Shown: piece by piece, positions 52,450 to 62,493 of the stretch
Layout of the letters: every line of letters starts with the position of its first letter
Numbering within the stretch: position 1 is the first letter of the stretch
From: Alphaproteobacteria bacterium
GTDB lineage: Bacteria > Pseudomonadota > Alphaproteobacteria > MPNO01 > UBA830
Assembly (NCBI GenBank): GCA_964291215.2
Contig: OZ219791.1
Location: 2,432,001 to 2,496,000, forward strand
Length of the DNA stretch: 64,000 nt
Reading direction: 5' to 3'
Position numbers and translations under genes: made by a program
Notes under the pieces: generated by a model
Database searches by the model: none
Told to the model about the DNA's origin: nothing
Seen by the model: only the letters and a program-made list of their open reading frames with translations

Positions 52450-53973
52450 TCAGGTCTCGGGGGTCATCAGCGAAACTCCCGCGCGGGCGCGGCGGATGAG
52501 CCAGGGGCTTGGGCGGTAGCGCGGATCGCCGTAGAATTCGTGCATCGTCCTGAGGATTTGAAGGATCCGCCCGGCGCCCAGACTGTCGCCGAATTCCAGC
52601 GGTCCCTGGGGGTAGGCCAGCCCGAGGCGGACGGCCTTGTTGATGTCTTCCGGGGTTGCGATTCGTTTCTGCGCAATCTCTGCCGAAATGTTGACTATGG
52701 TTGCGATCATGCGCTGGGCGATGAAACCGGGGCTGTCATGGATGACGGTTACCGCGTTGTCACCGGCGGCCAGCAGGGCATGGGCGCTGTCGCGGACGGC
52801 GATATCGGCAAAGCTGCTGGTCATCAGCGTCAGTCGGGATTCAAGGCCGAACAGTGTGTCGACACCGACTGTACGGCGGGGGTCGAGGCCGAGGTTGACG
52901 GCCGTCGTGGTGATGTCGGCGCCAAGGGGGGCGATGATGCACACGGCGTCCGGGGACGGTTCGGTACCGGTCTCGATCCCGATCCGGGAGGCGAGGGACT
53001 CGCGGAGCAGGGCTGCATTGTCGTCGTCCTGCGGTCCGATCCAGACGCGGTCCGGAAGCGCCGTCGGCGGATCGGGTTCCGGCGGCGCGACTTTCTTTCC
53101 CTCTTGGTAGTCATAGAACCCGCGGCCTGTTTTCCGGCCGTGGAGGCCAGCGGCCATGCGGTTGCGAATGAAGGGCTGAGGCGCAAAGCGCTGCTCCTGG
53201 TAGAACTGCTCGTAGATCGACTCCATGACGACGCCCGACACGTCGAGGCCGGTGGTGTCCATGAGCTCGAACGGTCCTACCCGAAACCCGGCGCATTCCC
53301 GCATGACGTCATCGATCTGGTTCGGCTGGGCGATGCCCTCGCCAACTATGCGGACTGCTTCGGTATAGAAGCCGCGACCGGCGTGATTGACCAGGAATCC
53401 GGGAGAATCCTGGGCGCGGACCGGTTCGTGGCCACATTTCGAGGCCACCGCGTCGAGCACCTCCAGGGTTGTCGAAGCCGTCAACTGACCGCCCACGACC
53501 TCGACCACCTTCAGCAACGGCACCGGGTTGAAGAAGTGATAGCCGGCGACCCGCTGCGGCGTCTTGCAGGCGCTGGCGATCTGCGTCACCGACAGCGAGG
53601 ATGTGTTCGAGGCGAGATACGCGTCGTTGGCGACATGACGTTCGAGTTCGCGGAACAACGTCTGCTTGATCTCAAGGTCCTCGACGATAGCTTCGACGAC
53701 GAGGTCGCATTCGGCAAGTTCCGCGAGGTCCGCCACCGTGTCCAGCCGGCCCTTGGCCGCGTCCGCATCGTCCCGAGTTATCCGGTCCTTCTCGGCTGCG
53801 CGATCGATCATCGCGCAGACAAACTCCCTAGCCTTTTCGCTTTGCGCCACATCGCTGTCGTACATCTTCACTCGGAAACCTCCGGTGAGGGCGATCTGGA
53901 CGATTCCTCGCCCCATGATGCCTGTTCCGACGATACCGATCAGGAATTCCGGAGATGTGACGCTGCGTACCAT
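52450..53973 (-). CDS. paaH: 3-hydroxyacyl-CoA dehydrogenase (PaaH/3-hydroxyadipyl-CoA type)
   Basis: GTGIMGRGI, EAIVE, ASNTSSLS, HFFNP, DSPGF (x2) and YPQGP motifs. Confidence 0.88.
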   Translation of the reverse strand: MVRSVTSPEFLIGIVGTGIMGRGIVQIALTGGFRVKMYDSDVAQSEKAREFVCAMIDRAAEKDRITRDDADAAKGRLDTVADLAELAECDLVVEAIVEDLEIKQTLFRELERHVANDAYLASNTSSLSVTQIASACKTPQRVAGYHFFNPVPLLKVVEVVGGQLTASTTLEVLDAVASKCGHEPVRAQDSPGFLVNHAGRGFYTEAVRIVGEGIAQPNQIDDVMRECAGFRVGPFELMDTTGLDVSGVVMESIYEQFYQEQRFAPQPFIRNRMAAGLHGRKTGRGFYDYQEGKKVAPPEPDPPTALPDRVWIGPQDDDNAALLRESLASRIGIETGTEPSPDAVCIIAPLGADITTTAVNLGLDPRRTVGVDTLFGLESRLTLMTSSFADIAVRDSAHALLAAGDNAVTVIHDSPGFIAQRMIATIVNISAEIAQKRIATPEDINKAVRLGLAYPQGPLEFGDSLGAGRILQILRTMHEFYGDPRYRPSPWLIRRARAGVSLMTPET

Positions 53974-54036
53974 TATCAGCCCCTTCGTATCGAATAGCGG
54001 CCCGGCCGAGCCGTCCCGTGCAGGCCCTCAATCGGA

Positions 54037-54816
54037 CTATCCGGTCTCTTTTCTGAAGTTTGGCGGGCGCTTTTCCATGAACGCGGCGAAGCCTTCCCGG
54101 AACTCGCCGGCGCCGAAGCAGCCTGCCTGCGCGAGCGCCTCCATTTCAAGTGCGGCCTCAAGGCTTTCCGGCCACAACCGCAACTGCTGCTTGGCGATGG
54201 CGAAGGCAAACGGTGGCATCGACGCCAGTGCGAGGGCCCTCTCGATTGCGATTGCCTCGGCCTTGCCGTCCGGCACCAGTTCGTCCGCAAGACCGGCCTC
54301 GACGGCTTCTGCGGCCGGAACCATTCGGGCATGGAGCAGGATCTGGCGCGCCCGCGCGCCGCCCGCGCGCCGCGGCAGCGTGAACAGGATCGCGTAATCC
54401 GGGATCAGGCCAACACGGAAGAACGGGAAGCCGATGGTGGCGCTTTCCGCGATCACCGCGGTGTCGCCGAGCATCGCGAGTCCGGCGCCCGCTCCGACAG
54501 CGTAACCTTCTACCGCCGTCACGACCGGTTTTTCCGCTTCGGCGAGGATCCGTACGATGCGGTGGTTATCCTTCATTCGGGCCCGTGCGCCGCTCGAATC
54601 CAGGTTCTCCATCGTTGCGATATCGCCGCCCGCGCAGAAATGCCCGTTTTCGCCTGTCAGCAGAATCGCGTGAACCGAATCGTCCGCCAGCAAGCCGGGC
54701 AGGCTCGTGATCAGCGTGTTGCGGACTTCCGCATTGAGCGCGTTGCGCTTTTCGGGCCGGTTGATGGCAACCCGCGCTACCCCGTCAGCGCGCCGTTCGA
54801 TGTTGACGGCAGCCAT
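54037..54816 (-). CDS. Enoyl-CoA hydratase/isomerase family protein
   Basis: NRPEKRNAL, FCAGGD, GYAVGAG and AFMEKRPP motifs. Confidence 0.92.
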   Translation of the reverse strand: MAAVNIERRADGVARVAINRPEKRNALNAEVRNTLITSLPGLLADDSVHAILLTGENGHFCAGGDIATMENLDSSGARARMKDNHRIVRILAEAEKPVVTAVEGYAVGAGAGLAMLGDTAVIAESATIGFPFFRVGLIPDYAILFTLPRRAGGARARQILLHARMVPAAEAVEAGLADELVPDGKAEAIAIERALALASMPPFAFAIAKQQLRLWPESLEAALEMEALAQAGCFGAGEFREGFAAFMEKRPPNFRKETG

Positions 54817-55050
54817 GACAGCCTCCCCGTGCAAACCCGGCTTCCGCCGGCGCCCGCAGACAGGACTATCCGGCTGGCCAGCGGAAAAGATGATACCGGG
54901 ATTCAATATCGCGATTTTGCGCCTGTCAGGCAACCAACAGATGCCCGCGGGGCGTACCATGACCTCCGACCGCGCCGGGGAGGCCCGCCAGGCATGCGGT
55001 CGGCGGCAGGAGAAGTACCGGAGCGGCCGGGCGGCCCGGGAAGCGTCTGT

Positions 55051-55536
55051 TTAGATGACGGCGTAGAGAGCGCTGCGAGCGTCGTCGTCCAGTCTCACGA
55101 GATGTGCCAGACAGCGGCGACAGTCCGAACTCCCGAATCCGGGAATCAGCACGCGGCCACCGGCCGCGAGAAACCCGTCAACCAGCCCGCATTCGCTGCT
55201 GCCGGACTGGATCGCCACCGCGCGGCATTCGCTGACGGCTAGGTAGTCCACATGCCAGTGCCGGCGCTTGTCCGGAGCAAGGTGACGCATTACGCGGGCG
55301 CGAAGTCCGCCCGGGCCGTGGGCGTTTCCGCAATAGACGTATGCGCCGGCTGTCAGGAGCGGATTGCCGAGGCTGCGGATCGCCAGCCGTCGCGGTGATT
55401 CGATCGTGAAGTACAGCACGTACGCGCCGGCGGTTGCAGGAAGGTCGGCCAACCGGGGTGGCCGCCGGCCCGGCGTCCGGAGGCCGACGAACAGGACACC
55501 GGTTCCGCTTTCCCCGGGAAGGCCGGGAATCTGCAT
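55051..55536 (-). CDS. DUF123 / GIY-YIG (Uri) nuclease-like protein
   Basis: GAYVL, YVYCGNAHGPGGLRARV.RH, HWHVDYL and GFGSSDC..C.AHL motifs. Confidence 0.85.
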   Translation of the reverse strand: MQIPGLPGESGTGVLFVGLRTPGRRPPRLADLPATAGAYVLYFTIESPRRLAIRSLGNPLLTAGAYVYCGNAHGPGGLRARVMRHLAPDKRRHWHVDYLAVSECRAVAIQSGSSECGLVDGFLAAGGRVLIPGFGSSDCRRCLAHLVRLDDDARSALYAVI

Positions 55537-55561
55537 GGCGGAGCCGGGTTTCTTCCGTCCG

Positions 55562-56686
55562 TCAGCAACCGGCGGCCGCGCGGTACGGTTTCCGGGCGGC
55601 GAGCGCCCTGTCGAGAGCCGCCATCAGGTCCGCAACTTCGATTCCTGCGAACTCGACATCGGTCCTGCCGAGGAAACCGGCAACGGCATCCGCAAGCGAG
55701 CGGTGGTTGGCGCCGACACCGGAAAGGGTTTTTTCCAGCCGGTCGACGCTGTCGATGGGACGGGGGTGCCAGTCGCCGTTGATTATGGCGTGAACGACCT
55801 TGTCCCCGCGCGTTGCAAGCGTCGCCCAGATCATGCCGCCAATGGCCTTGTGGCGGCCGTTACCGACCGCATCACCATCCTGGATGATCCCCGCCAGGCG
55901 GTTGCGCTTGCTCTTAGCGTAGAGCCAAGCCTCGTTATCGAAACGCTGCCGGAACTCCTCCGCATAGAGGCGCTCGCGTTCGATTATTGCGCCGCTCTCC
56001 AGCGTGTGGCCGGTGAACGCGTGACGGGCGGCTGTCCTTGCAAGGGTCACGAGGTCCCTGTCGGAGAGCTTCCGTCCGACTTCCCGTTCGAGGCAGGTAA
56101 ATCTCGAACCAAGATCCTTGAGCGCCTTGTCACTGACCTTCTCGGGCGGCATCGGCATCGCGCGCGCTGCGACCTCGGTGTTGATTTCCCTGACATTGAT
56201 GACGATCCGGAAGTTCATGACCCCGTGCTCGATCTTGAGGGATGTCGGTATCAGTTTCCGGCCTTCGACCTGGACATCGTTAAGGGGTCGGTATTCGGCC
56301 TGTATGCCGTAGAGGTCGCGGAGAGTGCCGGAGAGGGCGGTCAGGATCTGCGGGAAGGCCGCGGCCGTCGTGTCCGGGACCCCCGGGTGCGAGGTTGGCA
56401 CATAGTATACGAGGAACGCCGAACCCTTGCCGGCATAGATCGTGCCTCCGCCGTTGACGCGGCGGCGAAAATCCACCTGCTGCTGTCTGCAGAAATCGAG
56501 ATCGAGAACCTGTTCGGGATCCTCGTTGACCCCGATGGTGATCGAATCGCGGTCGAAGATGCTGAGAAAGATGGTTGGCGGCACCTCGCCGTTGACGACC
56601 GCCTTTTCCACGGCCGGCGAAACCGACACGGAAAAATCTGCGTAGGAGTTGCTGTCCACGACAAGCCGCCAGATATTACTGTCCAT
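55562..56686 (-). CDS. Lipoate-protein ligase A family protein
   Basis: RRVNGGGTIY and RPLNDV.V.GRK motifs; C-terminal accessory domain. Confidence 0.85.
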   Translation of the reverse strand: MDSNIWRLVVDSNSYADFSVSVSPAVEKAVVNGEVPPTIFLSIFDRDSITIGVNEDPEQVLDLDFCRQQQVDFRRRVNGGGTIYAGKGSAFLVYYVPTSHPGVPDTTAAAFPQILTALSGTLRDLYGIQAEYRPLNDVQVEGRKLIPTSLKIEHGVMNFRIVINVREINTEVAARAMPMPPEKVSDKALKDLGSRFTCLEREVGRKLSDRDLVTLARTAARHAFTGHTLESGAIIERERLYAEEFRQRFDNEAWLYAKSKRNRLAGIIQDGDAVGNGRHKAIGGMIWATLATRGDKVVHAIINGDWHPRPIDSVDRLEKTLSGVGANHRSLADAVAGFLGRTDVEFAGIEVADLMAALDRALAARKPYRAAAGC

Positions 56687-56718
56687 GTGTCCAACCCAGT
56701 CCTGTGAGTGCGTCTGCG

Positions 56719-57891
56719 CTATCTCTTGTCCTCGACGAGCGGGCCGTCATCGATGGCATCGGCAAACGTGATCTCGTCGGTGCCGATCAGTGTCTGGCTC
56801 CTGAACCGGCGCGCTACCTCTTCCGCGGCGCCGTCGCCGCCGGCACCTTCGATCGCCAGTGCGATGCGGTCGTCGCCTGCCGCCTTCGACGAAATCGTGA
56901 GCCGGTATCTGCCGGTCAGCCCGTCGAGGCCGAGAAGGACCGTGCGGACCTCGGACGGGTAGAGCTTGACGCCTTTCACCTTGACCATTTCGTCCGTTCG
57001 CCCGAACACCACCCGGGGCAGGCTGACCGTCCGGCCAAACAGCGGCTCCGTGACCTGCCTGACAGCAAGGTCGCCGGTGCGGTAACGCATCAGGGGCTGG
57101 GCCTCCTTGACCAGGTGGGTGAGCACGAGTTCCCCGCGTTCGCCGTCCGGCACGGGTTCGCAGGTCGCCGGATCGATTACCTCGGCGTGGACCAGCTCGT
57201 CGAAGACATGCACGCCGGTGCCTCCCGGAAACGTTCTGGCAACGGGCAGGAATTCGGATAGCGAAAACGAATCGATCAGGGTCGTCTCCGGCATTGCCGT
57301 CTGCGCCGCCGCATAAAGGGCAGGGTTGCCGGTAAATGGCTCGCCGCCGGCGAAGAAGACCTTCGGCGGCTTCATCCCTGCCTCGACAAGCCTGAGCGAG
57401 AAGGATGGATTGCCGGCGAGAACCGTTGCGCCTGCCCGGTTGCAGAGTTCGGCGGTGCGGTCTGCATCGCCGGGGCCTATCGGAATGCAGGCCACGCCGT
57501 GTGCCTCCATTTGGCTCTGGTAGAACAGACCCGCGACGAACATGTGATAGCCGAAGGTGACGGCGCAGACGTCACCCGGTCCGATGCCGCAGGCATCGAG
57601 ATGGGTTCGCGCCGCCGTCACCATCGAGTCGATGTCGCGGGCCGAGTGCAGGATTGGCATCAGCCCGGCTCCTGCCGGGGTCATGTTCATGCGTACCGGA
57701 GACACGCCTTCGCCGAAGGCGCCGAAGCGCGGCCTTGTCATTTCCCCGGCAAGGTCGGCGCGGTCCATCAGCGGAACGCTGGTGGCGAAGTCCCTGGCGT
57801 CGGCGATCCGCGATGGAAGGCGCCCGCGATAGAACGGATGTCCAGAGAGCGCCTCGAGCCGCCGGTTCAGCGCGTCGAGCGGAAAGGTCAC
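56719..57891 (-). CDS. Phenylacetate-CoA ligase family (PaaK-like) adenylating enzyme
   Basis: AGGEPF, GELVLTHL, RYRTGD and GRTDEMVKVKGVKLYPSEV motifs. Confidence 0.85.
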   Translation of the reverse strand: MTFPLDALNRRLEALSGHPFYRGRLPSRIADARDFATSVPLMDRADLAGEMTRPRFGAFGEGVSPVRMNMTPAGAGLMPILHSARDIDSMVTAARTHLDACGIGPGDVCAVTFGYHMFVAGLFYQSQMEAHGVACIPIGPGDADRTAELCNRAGATVLAGNPSFSLRLVEAGMKPPKVFFAGGEPFTGNPALYAAAQTAMPETTLIDSFSLSEFLPVARTFPGGTGVHVFDELVHAEVIDPATCEPVPDGERGELVLTHLVKEAQPLMRYRTGDLAVRQVTEPLFGRTVSLPRVVFGRTDEMVKVKGVKLYPSEVRTVLLGLDGLTGRYRLTISSKAAGDDRIALAIEGAGGDGAAEEVARRFRSQTLIGTDEITFADAIDDGPLVEDKR

Positions 57892-57903
57892 GCTGCGTCC
57901 GGC

Positions 57904-59652
57904 TCAGCGCCGTGCATCGGCGACGGCTGCGGCGTCGTCATAGACGGTATGGACGTTGATCACGGCCTGGCGCTTCTCGACATCGACCGCCTTGAGGCCC
58001 CGCTCGAGAGCGGCGGGCAGATCCGAGGCCTCTCTGACCTCTTCCCCGTAGCCGCCGGAGGCCTCGACGATCCTGTGATAGTCTGGAGCCGGATCGAGAT
58101 AGGTCAGCGGTGCCCGGTTGGCGCGCGAGGCCGCGCCGTCGGGATAGAGGCCGAGGGTTGCCTTGCGGACCGAACCCCACATCCGGTTGTTCAGGATCAC
58201 GGTGAGCACTGGCAGATCATTCGCGGCCGATACGTAATGTGCCGGCGTCGGATTGCCGAACATGTAGGAACCGTCGCCGATGACGCAGAAGACCCGCCGG
58301 TCGCGGGCGCCGAGCTTGACGCCGTGCGCCGCGCCGAGGCCCCATCCGAGGCCGCCGGCGGGGCTAGTTCCGAAATACGTTCCCGGCTTGCGCAGGTTCA
58401 TGTTGGCTATGGCGAGTTGGGATTCAGACACCAGCACATCGTCGTCTTCCTTCACTTGCGCCAGGCAGTGCGCCACCCAGTGATTGTCCATCGCGGCACC
58501 GTTCGCGACGCGATCGAGATGCGCTTTCCTCGCGGCATCCTGTTCGGACCTGATGCCAGCGACCCGTTCGCGGCGCGCGTCGACCCGGGCCCTGATTCCA
58601 GGTTCCCGATCGGCAAGCGCGGCCTCAAGCTGGGCCAGTGCTCCGGCCGGGCTGCCCTTGATCGCAAGGTCGCAGGGGAAGCCCCGCACCGGATAGTTTT
58701 CGTAGAGCGGATCGACTCCGAGATGCATGACCGTGGCGTCCGGATTGACCTTGTGCAGGGATGGAATCCAGGGCACGTCGCAGTCGACCACGAGAATTGC
58801 GTCGCTGGCTGGAAGGTGGCGGCCCGGCTCGTGGCCGATTTGCATTGCGTGATCGGACGAAATGTTCACATAGCGCGGGCGATAGGAGATCACCGGAAGC
58901 GCAAACCGCTTGGCCAGCGATTCGAGGGCCGGAACGGCGGCGTGGCTGCGGCCCATGCTCGCCGTGATGATGAGCGGATTCTCCGCGCCGGCCAGGACTT
59001 CGGCCGCCCGGTCGATCGCGTCGGCGTTGGCTGCCGCAGACGCCGCGGCGGTGCGCCGCGCCGGGGATTGGTAGCGGAACGTGCCGGGATTCTCGGCCAG
59101 GACCTCGCGCGGCAGGGTGAGATAGACCGGACCACGCGGTTCGGACATGGCGACGGTGACGGCGCGGTCGACGATCGTCTCGAGCTGCTGCGAATTGCGA
59201 AGCTCGTAGTCCCACTTGACCATTTCGCGTACCACGCCCGCCTGGTCGAACATCTCCTGGCCCCAGTGGATGTAGATTGAGCGCGACCCGTCAAAGCCCT
59301 CTTCCGTGAGCGGCGTGCGGCCTGATGTCATGAGGATCGGAACGTTTTCGCGGGAGGCGTTCATGATGCCGCAGATCGCGTTGGCGGTGCCGACGTTGAC
59401 GTGAACCATGACGGCGCAGAGCTTGCCGGTCGCGACGTAGTAGCCGTGGGCCATCGCCACACCGAGATTCTCGTGCGGCACGGTGATCGGAACGGGGGCG
59501 CTGCCCTCGCCGGCAAGCGATTTCGACAGCCCTTCGATAATGGAGGGAAAATCGGTGCCGGCGTTGCCGAGGAGATAGTCGACGCCGCGATCCTTGAGGA
59601 GCGTCAGATAGGCCTCGGCGGCGCTGTCTGCTTTCAGGGTTCTCTCAGGCAT
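57904..59652 (-). CDS. Thiamine pyrophosphate-requiring protein (acetolactate synthase-like)
   Basis: NAGTDF, PHE, HVNVGTAN and GDGSYMFG...LNN TPP motif. Confidence 0.92.
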   Translation of the reverse strand: MPERTLKADSAAEAYLTLLKDRGVDYLLGNAGTDFPSIIEGLSKSLAGEGSAPVPITVPHENLGVAMAHGYYVATGKLCAVMVHVNVGTANAICGIMNASRENVPILMTSGRTPLTEEGFDGSRSIYIHWGQEMFDQAGVVREMVKWDYELRNSQQLETIVDRAVTVAMSEPRGPVYLTLPREVLAENPGTFRYQSPARRTAAASAAANADAIDRAAEVLAGAENPLIITASMGRSHAAVPALESLAKRFALPVISYRPRYVNISSDHAMQIGHEPGRHLPASDAILVVDCDVPWIPSLHKVNPDATVMHLGVDPLYENYPVRGFPCDLAIKGSPAGALAQLEAALADREPGIRARVDARRERVAGIRSEQDAARKAHLDRVANGAAMDNHWVAHCLAQVKEDDDVLVSESQLAIANMNLRKPGTYFGTSPAGGLGWGLGAAHGVKLGARDRRVFCVIGDGSYMFGNPTPAHYVSAANDLPVLTVILNNRMWGSVRKATLGLYPDGAASRANRAPLTYLDPAPDYHRIVEASGGYGEEVREASDLPAALERGLKAVDVEKRQAVINVHTVYDDAAAVADARR

Positions 59653-59855
59653 GTTGCATTCTCCCCCCTTGAGAAAGCCTCGATACCATGATGGGCCCGC
59701 CGTATCCACCGTTCGTCCCTGCAGGCAGCCTTTCCGAGCGACGGCCAAGCCTCTTCCGTCCGTATCGCCTGTCCGCTGGCGGCGATTGCCCGGGAGGTGC
59801 TGACGATGTATCAATGGGCTGGGTTCCGCCGGACTATGCAGTGATCGAGGACAGA

Positions 59856-60044
59856 ATGGACAACATGTCGAACTGGGTACTTGGCTTCAGCGCGGTGGTG
59901 ATGAGCATCTGCGCGCTGTTCGTTGCGTCCCGAGCAGGTACCGGGGTCGGCTACTATGGTGGACTGGCGATGTTCGTGTTCTGCGTGGGCTTCGTATTCT
60001 ACCTTGTCCGAACGTCGCTCGATCACGAGGAAGCGTCGCGCTGA
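59856..60044 (+). CDS. Small two-TM membrane protein
   Basis: GAGG RBS; two hydrophobic helices. Confidence 0.6.
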   Translation: MDNMSNWVLGFSAVVMSICALFVASRAGTGVGYYGGLAMFVFCVGFVFYLVRTSLDHEEASR

Positions 60045-61171
60045 TTGCGGGCGCGCGCCAGAAATAACACGACCAGCCCGCCGGCCAGGGAGAGAACGGT
60101 CATCGCGTGGAACGCCGCGCCACCGATACTCTCGTACAGCCAGCCACCGGCCAGCATGACCAGTCCCATGGCGAGGCCTACCGCGAAACCGGAATACAGG
60201 CTCTGCGCCGAGGCCGACATCTGGTCGGGAATTTCGCGCAGCAGGTAGAAGATGGCGGCAAGGTGCGCCGCGCCGAATGTCAGCCCGTGCAGCCACTGGA
60301 CCGCGATCAGCAGCGCGATGTCGGTCGTCTCGGCGAGGACCGTCCAGCGCATGGCCCCGGCGAGGGCAGCAATCAGCATCAGGCGAACCGGGCCGATGCG
60401 GGCCACGACAGCGCCCGAGAAGGCGAACAGGACGATTTCGGCGATCACGCCTTCCGCCCATAAAGCTCCGATCATGCCGTCCGGGATTCCGGCGGCGCGC
60501 CAGTGAATCGTACCGAACATGTAGAGGATGGCATGGCTTGCCTGGAGAAAACTTGCGCTGGCGAGAAAGATCAGGAATGTCCTGTTGCGCAACAGGATGG
60601 CGGCAGGGAGGCTACTGTGCGTCCTGTCCCGCTCGCGCAACCGCTGCTGCGGCAGGCCGCAGGAAGCAAGAAACGCACCCGCTAACGCGGCTGCCAGCAT
60701 CCACGGAATCACGAAATCGCCCATGCGTTCGATCACTGCCCCGCCGACATAAGCCGCGAGAATGAAGGTGATCGATCCCCACAACCTGACCCGTCCGTAG
60801 TCGAATCCGTAGGGCGTCGCGGACCGTGAAGCCAGGTTCTCGCCGAGCGGAATCAGGGCCATGAACAGGATGCTTGCCAGGATATTGGCAGCGAACAGCA
60901 TCCAGAAACCGTGCACGAAACTGAACAGCAGGTAGATGCACGCTGCCCCGGCGGCGGAGATCATGATGATGGTTCTGTGGGCACCAGAACGGTCGGCGAA
61001 ATGGGCCATCACCGGATTGGCGAGCACCCTGAGCCAGATCGCGACGGAGAGAATGATGCTGATCTGTCCGGCATCAAGGCCGCGCGACTTGAGCCAAGCG
61101 GGCCAGAACGGCATGAAGATGCCGACCACGAGAAAGAGCGCTGCGTAATAGAGCGAGAAGCGAACCGCCAT
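60023..61171 (-). CDS. MFS transporter (HcaT/3-phenylpropionate permease-like)
   Basis: PFWPAWL, YGRVRLWGSITF, GVIAEI and HGLTFGAAHL motifs. Confidence 0.88.
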   Translation of the reverse strand: MAVRFSLYYAALFLVVGIFMPFWPAWLKSRGLDAGQISIILSVAIWLRVLANPVMAHFADRSGAHRTIIMISAAGAACIYLLFSFVHGFWMLFAANILASILFMALIPLGENLASRSATPYGFDYGRVRLWGSITFILAAYVGGAVIERMGDFVIPWMLAAALAGAFLASCGLPQQRLRERDRTHSSLPAAILLRNRTFLIFLASASFLQASHAILYMFGTIHWRAAGIPDGMIGALWAEGVIAEIVLFAFSGAVVARIGPVRLMLIAALAGAMRWTVLAETTDIALLIAVQWLHGLTFGAAHLAAIFYLLREIPDQMSASAQSLYSGFAVGLAMGLVMLAGGWLYESIGGAAFHAMTVLSLAGGLVVLFLARARNQRDASS

Positions 61172-61392
61172 GGCCGTACCGGTTCCGATCCTCGGCGCGG
61201 TTGCCCGGCGATCCCCAGAAACGGGAAACCGGAACCGGCAACGCGCATTCTATTACAACAGTTACGAGCGGTTACAAAATGTCGGTTGTTCTAGGCCGGC
61301 ATCGGCGGCTATCCATTCGGGAGCCGGCTGCGTTGCCTTGGCGGCGGCAGGCCGGTGTGGCGCCGGTTGCGGGCGGGCAGGGAACGGCCGAC

Positions 61393-62001
61393 ATGGTGAC
61401 TGACATCGTCAATTCGCGACTGTTCCTCTGGGGGCTTCTGGTGCTGCCGTCCATTCCGATGGTCAGGCTGCTTGTCGAGGGGCAGCCCGGTCCTGACGGT
61501 GAGCCGGTCGCAGAACTGTTGCTTCATCCGACCGGCGAGTTCGCAGCCCGGTTCATGATTATCGCCATGATCGTCACGCCGGCGCGAATGATCTTCCCGG
61601 GATCGAGATTCTGGATCTGGATGCTGGACCGGCGGCGCTATTTCGGGGTGGCCGCTTTCGCTTACGCGGCCGCACACACGGTCCTTTATGTCGTCGATCT
61701 AGGTTCGTTGACGGCGATCCTGGGCGAGTTCCTGGCGTTCGGCATCTGGACCGGGTGGGCTGCATTCTTCATTTTCGTGCCGTTGGCACTGACCTCCAAC
61801 GCCGTCTCCGTGCGGTTGCTCGGTCGCGGCTGGAAGTCATTGCAGCGGCTCGTCTATCCCGCGGCTGTCGCGACTTTGCTGCACTGGATGTTCGTCCACA
61901 ACGACTTGGGGCCGGCGTTGGCACATTTCCTGCCGCTGGCCGCGCTCGAATGCTACCGCCTGTGGGGCAACATCGTTCATCAACAGAGGAGACCGACATG
62001 A
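61393..62001 (+). CDS. MsrQ/YedZ-like heme-binding membrane (ferric reductase-like) protein
   Basis: HPTGE, RRYFGVAAF.YA..H, LALTSN and WKSLQRLVY...LH motifs. Confidence 0.88.
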   Translation: MVTDIVNSRLFLWGLLVLPSIPMVRLLVEGQPGPDGEPVAELLLHPTGEFAARFMIIAMIVTPARMIFPGSRFWIWMLDRRRYFGVAAFAYAAAHTVLYVVDLGSLTAILGEFLAFGIWTGWAAFFIFVPLALTSNAVSVRLLGRGWKSLQRLVYPAAVATLLHWMFVHNDLGPALAHFLPLAALECYRLWGNIVHQQRRPT

Positions 62002-62309
62002 GAACCCGTGTCTGTGGCGCCCTTCTGATCGCCGGCTTGGTGCTTCCGATGGCAACGGCCGGGGCTACCGGCATGATGACCTGTGAGCCGGTCCAGAAAT
62101 CCGAATGGATGAGTGAGGATGCTCTCACCCGGAAGCTGACCGAACAAGGCTGGTCCGTCCGGTTCATGAAGGAGGACGGAGGGTGCTGGGAGGTCTATGC
62201 CACCGACCCCGGTGGCCAGCGCGTCGAAGCGTATTTTCACCCGTCGACTGGCAACAAGCTCCTTGTTTGTCGACGCGGCGGAGGCTGCCAGCGGTTCACG
62301 TCCGAGTAG
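61998..62309 (+). CDS. PepSY-domain protein
   Basis: Signal peptide; KEDGGCWEVYA...RVEAYFHP; ATGA overlap with upstream gene. Confidence 0.85.
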   Translation: MRTRVCGALLIAGLVLPMATAGATGMMTCEPVQKSEWMSEDALTRKLTEQGWSVRFMKEDGGCWEVYATDPGGQRVEAYFHPSTGNKLLVCRRGGGCQRFTSE

Positions 62310-62493
62310 GGTCGGCACTGCCGGAGGGTCGATGTGGCGCTTGGCGGAAGATCACGCGCCCGCGCGAGAGGGGGATGCTGCATTGGCTGTCGCGGGTAGC
62401 GTACGGCTCCGCCCTCCAATCGAGGGGCCGGCTTTCGCCGTGCTCCTCGCTGCCCGGCGAGCGCGATCGAACCGGTTTCCGGATCAGGCCTGC

